DNA of 64,000 nt from Haliotis cracherodii (GCF_022045235.1 NW_027266319.1:55986001-56050000), one strand, 5' to 3'; numbered from the stretch's first letter, positions 1 to 11,530 are shown. A program made the numbers and translations. Notes: a model not told the origin generated them from the letters alone.

Positions 1-558
1 CGTTTCCATTTCAAATCGTCATCGTATGTAGCTCTTCGGCTGGATGACTAAGATTTACATCAAAACAAATAGCGAACACCATTCTGTCTCATTCTGTAGT
101 GCTTAATGACATGATCACATTTTCATTATGTTCGTTTTCTAGAATAGACTAGTCCATGTAATATTTTCATACATTCAAAAACAATGTTCGGGGTCCGTTT
201 TCGTTCAGCAATATTCCAGGTAATATAACAGTGGGACTTAAATAACTGGGTGTGGCACAGACAATCCAGTGACTTATATCATGAGCATCGGTCTACACAA
301 CTGCATGATTATAGAAAGCATCCTTTCGGTTACAATTTTTACACTGAAAGCAGAGTTGGCCTTTTAGGCATTTAATTTATTACTTTCATTTGAACCTGAT
401 GTAAAAGAGAGACGTTAATGTACTTGATACATCACCGATTTGGTCCTACTACAGCCGCTCATTGTTCTATAACTTAAAACGTAACTCCATTACAGTTTGG
501 GAAAATAGAAGATACTGTATGTCAGGCACTTAATGAAGTACTCTTTGGCTTCACTCAC

Positions 559-697
559 CCAACAACACCCTGGCTCCAATCTTTGCTATTGTGCCAACTG
601 TGCGCCATCTAACGAACCGTCGTCTCCGTCGTCCCCAAGCATCAGACTGAGGGATGGAGACTATGGCCACAAGCAGGAGGACAAGGAACAAACGCAT
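559..697 (-). CDS. Cationic peptide/EF-hand precursor, copy A1 (only coding exon 2 is in the window; exons 3-4 would lie left of position 1)
   Basis: Reverse complement reads ctgcag|aatacatcccaagATG (ATG at 697), then MRLFLVLLLVAIVSIPQSDAWGRRRRRFVRWRTVGTIAKIGARVLL+G|gtgagt. One synonymous change (GCT/GCC) versus A2. Positions 1-558 match intron 2 of the other copies. Confidence 0.85.
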
Positions 698-1201
698 CTT
701 GGGATGTATTCTGCAGTGAAAATAAATTCTTTTAGCGTGTGAGCGAGTTGGGTTTAACGCAGCTATTAACAGTTATATCACGGCGTGTCAGCTTAATATG
801 GGAGGGAAGGCCGCAGTGATGCAGGTTTTAGACGTTTACCACTTCGGCGAGACCCACGAGCACAGGTATGGTGCTTACAAACATAGAAACATAATCGGGG
901 TGAACCGGGATTCGAACCCACAATCTGGCAACTCAGCACAGCGAATTGCGGCGCCTTAGACGACTGAGCCCCCCGTGCCCCACTGAATTGTTTAAAGAAG
1001 CCGCATTCTCATGTGGGTGTGATTATTGTTGCTGATTGCCTTATGAAACGTTGATTGCTTAAGATGTAATGGATTTGACGACTGACTATCATTACAAACA
1101 ATTAAATCCTCAGTTAAATCCACATTTTGTAACCAATGCAAACTGAAATGATAAGTTACACGTAAACTAATCAGACAGATAGTGCATAAAGTATTACTCA
1201 C

Positions 1202-1258
1202 CAGAAGGACACGAGACAGGTCACAGTTGTTATGAATGTCGTGTCCCTGGTATTTATA
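1202..1258 (-). promoter_or_regulatory. TATA box and non-coding exon 1 of A1
   Basis: TATAAATA at 1258-1251; donor CTG|GTGAGT at 1202/1201. Confidence 0.7.
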
Positions 1259-3627
1259 CATTCTTTCCATTCATCAACCCGTGAAGTGAATCTGTTGCCA
1301 AAATATGGTAAGTGCCTGTTTGACAGAAACGTGCAAATGTAAATATGAAAAGAGATAAGTATCTACTTAGTCCACACCTCCTAATTGTCCTCTTTACAAG
1401 GGCTGTGTGTGAAGTGTATTTGTGTGTGATATCTATTTTTTTAAATTGTTTGAGAATATTTAAAAGAAACTTATCACACCTCCATGTCAGAATATTCAGA
1501 TCTAATTGGTTCATTTGATACTGATAAAACTCTACGTATCTCAAGTGGGAGGGAAATACATTTCTGAGTGGGAAAATATATCCCGTATACCCCGACATGA
1601 AAAAAACCAGGCTACACGTGTATTCATGAGCGAGGCCATATATATTGCACCCTGCTACGAAGCACAAAGCTGCACATTGTTTACGAGTCAAAGAACGACA
1701 CGAGAGACATCACAAGTTACCCTTAGCTCATTCGAGCAGTGGTTTTCTATCTGTTTTCAATTTGTTTTAATTTTTAATCGTTGTGGCAGTATCACACAGG
1801 GTATATGTGAATTGTGCGTCCCACGTTAGGTTTTAAACCACGAGCTGGATACTGCCACAACTTCTAATATTTGTGTACCAGAGGTGTATATGGCCATCTC
1901 TGAGAAAAATATATATTTTCCATTCAGCAAACACTGGAGGCCTTCAAAACAACTGATGCATGAAAATACCACTGGGTCACAGGTCAATTGAATTTATTGT
2001 ATAAGCGCACTTTACAGATATTGTCTCGGTGGGGCGTCCTCTGGCCACTTTGGTTCAGCTGCTGTCACATCTGTCAATCACTTTAACATACATCACAGGG
2101 GAAAGGTCAACAAGAAAGGTGACATCGATTTCGAGTAGTTCACATAAGTTTGATAAATACATGATCCCTATGTTTGAAGTAATTTGTTACTTATTGAATA
2201 TTGAGTCACGGTCAAAACATTGTTTTCTATTCCTCCTTGTAATGACAAACATGTATATACAATATCGCCATAGCTTGAAACTTAAAAAACACTTGGGACA
2301 GAGAATTCGAAATTCGTCGTAGTTCTTAAGTTCTTAAATGTGTACCCGAGTCTGTAAATGTGTACGTGAGGCTATTGTTGTGCATATAATACAGCACTGA
2401 AGTAACTGTAATGTCTTCCAATCTGCACATACACCATTTCGCAAACTATAATGTATATTTATCTATGCTGTAAAACAATATACACTCAAACCTCGCTGAA
2501 TCCTCCAGAGCGCAAAGAGAAATTCTGTTGTGGAACAAGAAATTCCGGGTTTTTTCCACGATCTACCCCAAGCATACCAAGAATATCAAATGGCCAGTCA
2601 ACAACATAATACATAAATAATACATAAACACACTTCATATACACCCCTCCCGAAGAGGACAATTAGAAAGTGTGAACTAAAGTAGATACTTATCTTAGCT
2701 AAGCTGTATGACTTGCGTCTTGTTATTCGTACAGTCAAGCTACAGAATGACACCCAATTGCTTACAACTGATATGTAAATTTGTAGATCCAAAATAAAAG
2801 AAACCCAAAAATTTGCATGTTTATAGAAAGCATCTTGTCGGGTACAAGTTTTAAACTGAAAGCAGAGTTGTATGTAAATTTGTAGATCCAAAATAAAATA
2901 AACCAAAATTTTGGTTAAAGTGGTTAACAGATGTGACAGCAGCTGAACCAAAGTGGCCAGAGGACGCCCCACCGAGACAATATCTGTAAAGGGCGCTTAT
3001 ACAATAAAGTCAATTGACCTGTGACCCAGTGGTAATTTCATGCATCAGTTGTTTTGAAGGCCTCCAGTGTTTGCTGAATGGAAAATATATATTTTTCTCA
3101 GAGATGGCCATATACACCTCTGGTACACAAATATAAGAAATTGTAGCAGTATCCAGCTCGTGGTTTAAAACCTAACGTGGGACGCACAAATTCACATATA
3201 CCCCTTGTGATACTGCCACAACGATTCGTAGCAGGGTGCAAGATATATGGCCTCGCTCATAAATACACGTGCAGCATGTTTTCTTCATGGCGGGGTATAC
3301 GGGATATATTGTCCCACTCAGAAATGTATTTCCCTCCCACTTGAGATACGTAGAATTTTATCAGTATCACATGAACCAATTAGATCTGAATATTCTGACA
3401 TGGAGGTGTGATAAGTTTCTTTTAAATATTCTCAAACAAAATTTTTAAAAATAAATATCACACACAAATACACTTCAAACAAACCCTCGTAAAGAGGACA
3501 ATTAGGAGGTGTGGACTAAGTAGATACTTATCTCTTTTCATATTTACATTTGCACGTTTCTGTCAAACAGGCACTTAACATATTTTGGCAACAGATTCAC
3601 TTCACGGGTTGATGAATGGAAAGAATG

Positions 3628-3684
3628 TATAAATACCAGGGACACGACATTCATAACAACTGTGACCTGTCTCGTGTCCTTCTG
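3628..3684 (+). promoter_or_regulatory. TATA box and non-coding exon 1 of A2
   Basis: TATAAATA at 3628-3635; consensus donor CTG|GTGAGT at 3684/3685; acceptor ttttcactgcag ends at 4190. Confidence 0.7.
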
Positions 3685-3904
3685 GTGAGTAATACTTTAT
3701 GCACTATCTGTCTGATTAGTTTACGTGTAACTTATCATTTCAGTTGGCATTGGTTACAAAATGTGGATTTAACTGAGGATTTAATTGTTTGTAATGATAG
3801 TCAGTCGTCAAATCCATTACATCTTAAGCAATCAACGTTTCATAAGGCAATCAGCAACAATAATCACACCCACATGAGAATGCGGCTTCTTTAAACAATT
3901 CAGT

Positions 3905-4165
3905 GGGGCACGGGGGGCTCAGTCGTCTAAGGCGCCGCAATTCGCTGTGCTGAGTTGCGTTCCTTGGGCACGCCAGATTGTGGGTTTGAATCCCGGTTCA
4001 CCCCGATTATGTTTCTACGTTTGTAAGCACCATACCCGTGCTCGTGGGTCTCGCCGAAGTGGTAAACGTCTAAAACCTGCATCACTGCGGCCTTCCCTCC
4101 CATATTAAGCTGACACGCCGTGATATAACTGTTAATAGCTGCGTTAAACCCAACTCGCTCACACG
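3905..4165 (+). mobile_element. tRNA-derived SINE (family 1) in intron 1 of A2; same insertion in A1, A3-A6; other copies about 10786-11048 (+), 12115-12270 (-), 37145-37360 (-), 52490-52940 (-)
   Basis: tRNA-like head with A-box-like ggctcagtcgtctaaggcgc and B-box-like gggtt(c/t)gaatccc, and a (CACT)n/(CTCA)n tail. A TSD-like taaaacaatt flanks it on both sides in A5. Absent from A7. Confidence 0.8.
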
Positions 4166-4203
4166 CTAAATCAATTTATTTTCACTGCAGAATACATCCC
4201 AAG

Positions 4204-5426
4204 ATGCGTTTGTTCCTTGTCCTCCTGCTTGTGGCCATAGTCTCCATCCCTCAGTCTGATGCCTGGGGACGACGGAGACGACGGTTCGTTAGATGGCGCA
4301 CAGTTGGCACAATAGCAAAGATTGGAGCCAGGGTGTTGTTGGGTGAGTGAAGCCAAAGAGTACTTCATTAAGTGCCTGACATACAGTATCTTCTATTTTC
4401 CCAAACTGTAATGGAGTTACGTTTTAAGTTATAGAACAATGAGCGGCTGTAGTAGGACCAAATCGGTGATGTGTCAAGTACATTAACGTCTCTCTTTTAC
4501 ATCAGGTTCAAATGAAAGTAATAAATTAAATTCCTTAAAGGCCAACTCTGCTTTCAGTGTAAAAATTGTAACCGAAAGGATGCTTTCTATAATCATGCAG
4601 TTGTGTAGACCGATGCTCATGATATAAGTCACTGGATTGTCTGTGCCACACCCAGTTATTTAAGTCCCACTGTTATATTACCTGGAATATTGCTGAACGA
4701 AAACGGACACCGAACATTGTTTTTGAATGTATGAAAATATTACATGGACTAGTCTATTCTAGAAAACGAACATAATGAAAATGTGATCATGTCATTAAGC
4801 ACTACAGAATGAGACAGAATGGTGTTCGCTATTTGTTTTGATGTAAATCTTAGTCAGCCAGCCGAAGAGCTACATACGATGACGATCTGAAATGGAAACG
4901 AGTATATGTTTTGGAATGTTACTGTAGATGCATATGAATATGTTCATTTGATATCAATACTCATAGCCTGATTAAAAGTGACCACTATCTCATATTCCTT
5001 AACCGAAAATGCATTCGTGTTCTTTCATTTTGTATCTTTCCAAACATGACTATTTTCTTTCAAGGCAAACGTAATGTGGATAACCTTGATACAAACATGG
5101 ACGGCACAATTGACCTGTCCGAAGCTGAGGCGCTAATGGACAGACGATCGGCCATGGAGCTCCTTTCGTTCTCAGATGAAAATGGTAAGAGCTTTTGCCT
5201 TCAACTTCATTGATACAAATGAAATGTTTATTACTTTTAAAATAATGTAATTATTTGTCAAATGTTTGTATTTGTTTACTCTCATGGGTAATGTGGACCC
5301 TTTTCCCGAATAAATCTGACTCCTGAACATTTATTCTGACTGACTGCAACAACCTTTCTCCATTTAGGAGACTCAAGCGTGAGTTTGGAAGAGTTCGCAA
5401 GGAGCATCAACAACTTGGAGCAGTGA
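4204..5426 (+). CDS. Secreted cationic (candidate antimicrobial) peptide precursor with acidic two-EF-hand propeptide, copy A2, 105 aa
   Basis: Coding exons 4204-4342, 5065-5184 and 5368-5426. All junctions are GT-AG, both coding introns are phase 1, and the frame is open to TGA. Hydrophobic 20-aa signal ending SDA, Arg-rich 26-mer, GKR site, EF-hand loops DTNMDGTIDLSE and DENGDSSVSLEE. TATA box, non-coding exon 1 and AATAAA are present. Confidence 0.9.
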
Positions 5427-5674
5427 GTCAAATGTAAGGTGGAGCAAATCTTACTGCAATGATCCGTTTTATACAGTAGAAACCGTCATCCGTTCAACAT
5501 AACTGTATCTGAAAATGTATGCTTCAGCAATAATTTCATGTCAAATATGCCAAGATCATATGATTTGATGTATTTCTTTTGTAGATCACTCTATTGAAGA
5601 GACACTGGCATCGCACTTTGAAGGCGATTTCGAGGATGTATTCCTGAATAGTGTTCCCACAAGTCAATAGTTTC

Positions 5675-5680
5675 AATAAA
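5675..5680 (+). terminator. Polyadenylation signal of A2 (equivalents at 9117, 13986-13991 minus, 20561, 22183-22188 minus, 29995)
   Basis: AATAAA about 250 nt after the stop, followed by a GT-rich tract (ctttgttgtgtctt); conserved in A2-A7. Confidence 0.65.
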
Positions 5681-6077
5681 TAATTATAACAATCACCTTT
5701 GTTGTGTCTTGCTCATTAAAGACGTCTTTACAGGTGTCATTTCAGACAACAGGTGATCCAATATGTAATGCTTGTATCTGATTTCTAATGTGTTCACTAC
5801 CACCATCTCGTTCAACATAATATTGATCTGCAATCGTACAACAACATAATCAGCAAAATGTATATTATATCAAGTATATCTGATATACAATATTTGTTTT
5901 GTTTGCTGTTTGTTTAATCGTACAACATTACCAGCAAAGGTAGTTCCTCAAAAGGAGATATGACATGAACATATGTATGTTCACATTGTTCTACACTGAC
6001 ATCTTTTGCAGTTTTAAAACAAATATATTCAAATAATATCATCATGAGATGAGAAAGGTATATGATGTTTAATTGTT

Positions 6078-6325
6078 TGTTTGTTGTTGAACGCCGCACT
6101 CAGCAATATTCCAGCTATATGACGGCGGTCTGTAAATAATCGAGTATGGACCAGACAATCCAGTGATTAATATCATGAAAATAATTCCACGCAATTGGTA
6201 TTCGATGACATGCATCAACCAAGTCAGCGAGCCTAACCACCCGATCCTGTTAGTCGCTTCTTACGACAAGCATGGTCGCCTTATGGTTTGCTGAAGACCT
6301 ATTCTATCCCGGATCTTCACGGCTC
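6078..6325 (-). mobile_element. SINE-like repeat (family 2); other copies about 9520-9767, 13340-13595, 20960-21205, 25612-25850, 36040-36295, 41150-41395, 43365-43600, 63335-63555
   Basis: Dispersed ~250-bp repeat with core gcttgtcgtaagaggcgactaacgggatcgggtgg, 3' end gctggaatattgctgagtgcggcgtt and a (CAAA)n tail. Confidence 0.75.
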
Positions 6326-6422
6326 GTTATGTTAAGCGAGTGAGTGAGATAGTTCAATGTTAACGTCACATCGACAATACACTATTTCAGTCATATCATG
6401 ACGACATATAGTTATACATTCC

Positions 6423-6425
<3 letters not shown>

Positions 6426-6482
<57 letters not shown>
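6426..6482 (+). repeat. (CA)n microsatellite (also 9868-9922 and 21293-21378; the N run at 13100-13261 covers the homologous site)
   Basis: Perfect CA dinucleotide runs at homologous positions downstream of plus-strand copies. Confidence 0.95.
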
Positions 6483-6483
<1 letters not shown>

Positions 6484-7069
6484 AGTGATGGACAGTATCA
6501 TAACTAGATTATCACAGTTTCAAATTAAATCAAGTTGAGAGCATGTAAAAGACAACAACAACACAATATAAAAAACGGACAAGGAACCGTAGGGACGATA
6601 CTTCTGCCACCTGCACGGTTCCCCAGCACAAATTCACATATACCCCTTGTGATACTGCCACAACGATTCGTAGCAGGGTGCAAGATATATGGCCTCGCTC
6701 ATAAATACACGTGCAGCATGTTTTCTTCATGGCGGGGTATACGGGATATATTGTCCCACTCAGAAATGTATTTCCCTCCCACTTGAGATACGTAGAATTT
6801 TATCAGTATCACATGAACCAATTAGATCTGAATATTCTGACATGGAGGTGTGATAAGTTTCTTTTAAATATTCTCAAACAAAATTTTTAAAAATAAATAT
6901 CACACACAAATACACTTCAAACAAACCCTCGTAAAGAGGACAATTAGGAGGTGTGGACTAAGTAGATACTTATCTCTTTTCATATTTACATTTGCACGTT
7001 TCTGTCAAACAGGCACTTAACATATTTTGGCAACAGATTCACTTCACGGGTTGATGAATGGAAAGAATG

Positions 7070-7126
7070 TATAAATACCAGGGACACGACATTCATAACA
7101 ACTGTGACCTGTCTCGTGTCCTTCTG
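7070..7126 (+). promoter_or_regulatory. TATA box and non-coding exon 1 of A3
   Basis: Same motifs as A2. Confidence 0.7.
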
Positions 7127-7645
7127 GTGAGTAATACTTTATGCACTATCTGTCTGATTAGTTTACGTGTAACTTATCATTTCAGTTGGCATTGGTTACA
7201 AAATGTGGATTTAACTGAGGATTTAATTGTTTGTAATGATAGTCAGTCGTCAAATCCATTACATCTTAAGCAATCAACGTTTCATAAGGCAATCAGCAAC
7301 AATAATCACACCCACATGAGAATGCGGCTTCTTTAAACAATTCAGTGGGGCACGGGGGGCTCAGTCGTCTAAGGCGCCGCAATTCGCTGTGCTGAGTTGC
7401 GTTCCTTGGGCACGCCAGATTGTGGGTTTGAATCCCGGTTCACCCCGATTATGTTTCTACGTTTGTAAGCACCATACCCGTGCTCGTGGGTCTCGCCGAA
7501 GTGGTAAACGTCTAAAACCTGCATCACTGCGGCCTTCCCTCCCATATTAAGCTGACACGCCGTGATATAACTGTTAATAGCTGCGTTAAACCCAACTCGC
7601 TCACACGCTAAATCAATTTATTTTCACTGCAGAATACATCCCAAG

Positions 7646-8868
7646 ATGCGTTTGTTCCTTGTCCTCCTGCTTGTGGCCATAGTCTCCATCCCTCAGTCTG
7701 ATGCCTGGGGACGACGGAGACGACGGTTCGTTAGATGGCGCACAGTTGGCACAATAGCAAAGATTGGAGCCAGGGTGTTGTTGGGTGAGTGAAGCCAAAG
7801 AGTACTTCATTAAGTGCCTGACATACAGTATCTTCTATTTTCCCAAACTGTAATGGAGTTACGTTTTAAGTTATAGAACAATGAGCGGCTGTAGTAGGAC
7901 CAAATCGGTGATGTGTCAAGTACATTAACGTCTCTCTTTTACATCAGGTTCAAATGAAAGTAATAAATTAAATTCCTTAAAGGCCAACTCTGCTTTCAGT
8001 GTAAAAATTGTAACCGAAAGGATGCTTTCTATAATCATGCAGTTGTGTAGACCGATGCTCATGATATAAGTCACTGGATTGTCTGTGCCACACCCAGTTA
8101 TTTAAGTCCCACTGTTATATTACCTGGAATATTGCTGAACGAAAACGGACACCGAACATTGTTTTTGAATGTATGAAAATATTACATGGACTAGTCTATT
8201 CTAGAAAACGAACATAATGAAAATGTGATCATGTCATTAAGCACTACAGAATGAGACAGAATGGTGTTCGCTATTTGTTTTGATGTAAATCTTAGTCAGC
8301 CAGCCGAAGAGCTACATACGATGACGATCTGAAATGGAAACGAGTATATGTTTTGGAATGTTACTGTAGATGCATATGAATATGTTCATTTGATATCAAT
8401 ACTCATAGCCTGATTAAAAGTGACCACTATCTCATATTCCTTAACCGAAAATGCATTCGTGTTCTTTCATTTTGTATCTTTCCAAACATGACTATTTTCT
8501 TTCAAGGCAAACGTAATGTGGATAACCTTGATACAAACATGGACGGCACAATTGACCTGTCCGAAGCTGAGGCGCTAATGGACAGACGATCGGCCATGGA
8601 GCTCCTTTCGTTCTCAGATGAAAATGGTAAGAGCTTTTGCCTTCAACTTCATTGATACAAATGAAATGTTTATTACTTTTAAAATAATGTAATTATTTGT
8701 CAAATGTTTGTATTTGTTTACTCTCATGGGTAATGTGGACCCTTTTCCCGAATAAATCTGACTCCTGAACATTTATTCTGACTGACTGCAACAACCTTTC
8801 TCCATTTAGGAGACTCAAGCGTGAGTTTGGAAGAGTTCGCAAGGAGCATCAACAACTTGGAGCAGTGA
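7646..8868 (+). CDS. Cationic peptide/EF-hand precursor, copy A3 (same as A2)
   Basis: Coding exons 7646-7784, 8507-8626 and 8810-8868, offset 3442 bp from A2. No differences seen in the exons. Confidence 0.88.
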
Positions 8869-9864
8869 GTCAAATGTAAGGTGGAGCAAATCTTACTGCA
8901 ATGATCCGTTTTATACAGTAGAAACCGTCATCCGTTCAACATAACTGTATCTGAAAATGTATGCTTCAGCAATAATTTCATGTCAAATATGCCAAGATCA
9001 TATGATTTGATGTATTTCTTTTGTAGATCACTCTATTGAAGAGACACTGGCATCGCACTTTGAAGGCGATTTCGAGGATGTATTCCTGAATAGTGTTCCC
9101 ACAAGTCAATAGTTTCAATAAATAATTATAACAATCACCTTTGTTGTGTCTTGCTCATTAAAGACGTCTTTACAGGTGTCATTTCAGACAACAGGTGATC
9201 CAATATGTAATGCTTGTATCTGATTTCTAATGTGTTCACTACCACCATCTCGTTCAACATAATATTGATCTGCAATCGTACAACAACATAATCAGCAAAA
9301 TGTATATTATATCAAGTATATCTGATATACAATATTTGTTTTGTTTGCTGTTTGTTTAATCGTACAACATTACCAGCAAAGGTAGTTCCTCAAAAGGAGA
9401 TATGACATGAACATATGTATGTTCACATTGTTCTACACTGACATCTTTTGCAGTTTTAAAACAAATATATTCAAATAATATCATCATGAGATGAGAAAGG
9501 TATATGATGTTTAATTGTTTGTTTGTTGTTGAACGCCGCACTCAGCAATATTCCAGCTATATGACGGCGGTCTGTAAATAATCGAGTATGGACCAGACAA
9601 TCCAGTGATTAATATCATGAAAATAATTCCACGCAATTGGTATTCGATGACATGCATCAACCAAGTCAGCGAGCCTAACCACCCGATCCTGTTAGTCGCT
9701 TCTTACGACAAGCATGGTCGCCTTATGGTTTGCTGAAGACCTATTCTATCCCGGATCTTCACGGCTCGTTATGTTAAGCGAGTGAGTGAGATAGTTCAAT
9801 GTTAACGTCACATCGACAATACACTATTTCAGTCATATCATGACGACATATAGTTATACATTCC

Positions 9865-9923
<59 letters not shown>

Positions 9924-11049
9924 AGTGATGGACAGTATCATAACTAGATTATCACAGTTTCAAATTAAATCAAGTTGAGAGCATGTAAAAGACAACAACA
10001 ACACAATATAAAAAACGGACAAGGAACCGTAGGGACGATACTTCTGCCACCTGCACGGTTCCCCAGCAGAATTGACACTATCCCTTCAGCTGCTGGCAAG
10101 TGTAGTCAGTTTAATCCACCAGTTAAAACTAACAAATAAACTACGCTTATAAATGTGATAGTTTAAATTTACTTTGAAAGATGTGGAACGTATGTACCGT
10201 GTCAAGGGGACACTGATATCAGATTCTTTATTCTCCATAGACCACCGACGGTGGTACAAGAGCATACATAAAGTACAGAGATAAATATAATATGTACATC
10301 AAGACGGCTGTGTGCATTTAGAGTTAGCATTCAAGGTGTTAAATACAAATAATACATATACATTATGCATGTGGAACGTATGTACCCTCTCAGGGGGACA
10401 CTGATATCACTGTACTTGGATTCAACCACAAACAATCTCAGTTGCGAATTTGAAAACATGTTTTTAAAAAAAATATTAACAAAAATATTTCAAATAATTC
10501 TATATCCTTTAAAAGCCAATATTTAAACGAGAATTAATTCTACGAAAAAGTTCTTTAATAGATGATGATTTGAAACATTGATCTTTCATCACAAGGGATG
10601 CAGAATGGAGGGTCCTCACCTTTCAATAAATGTTCATGACTTTAGCGTCAATGGCCAATACGACATCATCGGGTTTTGACCTTTCCAAATCTGGACTGAC
10701 TAACCAAAATCGGTGTAACCGATGGTTGGTGTAATTTCATGTAGCGTATTTACACCTACTCGGGTGTCCCTCTTCTTTTGCATGAGGGGGCACGGGGGGC
10801 CCAGTCGTCTAAGGCGCCGCTATTCACTTGAACACACCAGAAACCTATGATTGTGGGTTCGAATCCCAGTTCGCCCCGATTATGTTTCTAGGTTTGTCAG
10901 CACCATACCCGTGCTCGTGGGTTTCACCGAAGTGGTAAACGTTTGAAACCTGCATCACTTCGGACTTTCCTCCCACATTAAGCTGACAGGCCGTGATATA
11001 ACTGGAATATTGTTAAAAGCGGCGTTAAACCCAACTCACTCACTCACTC

Positions 11050-11530
11050 CTTTGCATGATATCTTTGAAGTAACATCTAAATACAAGTTTATAATCACTG
11101 TATGGACTTAGAAGTGGTGTCACAGATTTGTTGAGTGTTTTTGCAGCCGTATCGGCCATTGAAACATGGCTGGGTAACCACCAAAAGGCGATGTCATATT
11201 GGCCAGTAGCTATTAAAACACGCCAGATCATTTAAACACGCAAAAATATCGACCAAGAGTGGATGTTTACATGACATATTTTGTAATAGCCAGAAGGCAC
11301 GAAGGAGAATGGGAAAAGGTATCAGCTGTTTATGTTCAGATTGGGTCTTGATATATTTTAGGGCTGTTAAAATGACATTTGCTTCTACTGTGAATAAAGA
11401 ACTGTTATATGGTAATCTTGAAGATAGTGTTCTGGATCCAATGATAGTGACATTAGCAACTGTGCCACCATCCTTGGATCCATCTGTAAGAAGAAAACAG
11501 CGTTATCTCTATCCCCCGCCATTATAATTA
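11050..11530 (-). mobile_element. Decayed non-LTR retrotransposon RNase H fragment (I/Nimb-like) in the A3/A4 palindrome spacer
   Basis: Minus-strand translation includes LTDGSKDGGTVANVTIIGSRTLSSRLPYNSSLFTVEANVILTALKYI and WWLPSHV...ADTAAK. Confidence 0.75.

Larger units (their letters stand above)
1..4900. repeat. Head-to-head inverted duplication A1/A2 (arms about 1-2087 and 2914-4900; spacer about 830 bp)
   Basis: Position 1 cgtttccatttcaaatcgtc is the reverse complement of about 4881-4900 (one mismatch). The arms align with small indels up to gctgtcacatctgtcaatcactttaac. Confidence 0.9.
3184..10065 (+). repeat. Tandem direct duplication of a 3.44-kb unit carrying A2 and A3
   Basis: Units 3184-6625 and 6626-10065 appear identical apart from one CA unit in the microsatellite. 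GCA microhomology at the junction. Confidence 0.9.

Noticed and set aside
533-742. Recurrent ORF MKYSLASLTQQHPGSNLCYCANCAPS... (also 4171, 7613, 15291, 19052, 23483, 28486)
   Set aside because: It is the antisense shadow of exon 2. The opposite strand has the signal peptide, splice sites, TATA box and polyA signal, and the stop position of this ORF varies between copies.
992-1270. Recurrent ORF MERMYKYQGHDIHNN... and other repeated ORFs (MTRKQC..., MGRPLAT..., MRRSTTNK..., MRACKRQ...)
   Set aside because: They overlap the TATA box, intron 1, flanks or SINEs, recur only because the DNA is duplicated, and are broken by indels in some copies (e.g. a 1-bp deletion in A5 near 18672).
4204-4342. 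Protamine or nuclear-localisation reading of the Arg run; assignment to myticalin or mytimycin by name
   Set aside because: A signal peptide and GKR site indicate secretion. The resemblance to myticalins (Trp/Arg-rich N-terminus) and mytimycin (EF-hand tail) is architectural only, and homology cannot be shown without a search, so no gene symbol is given.
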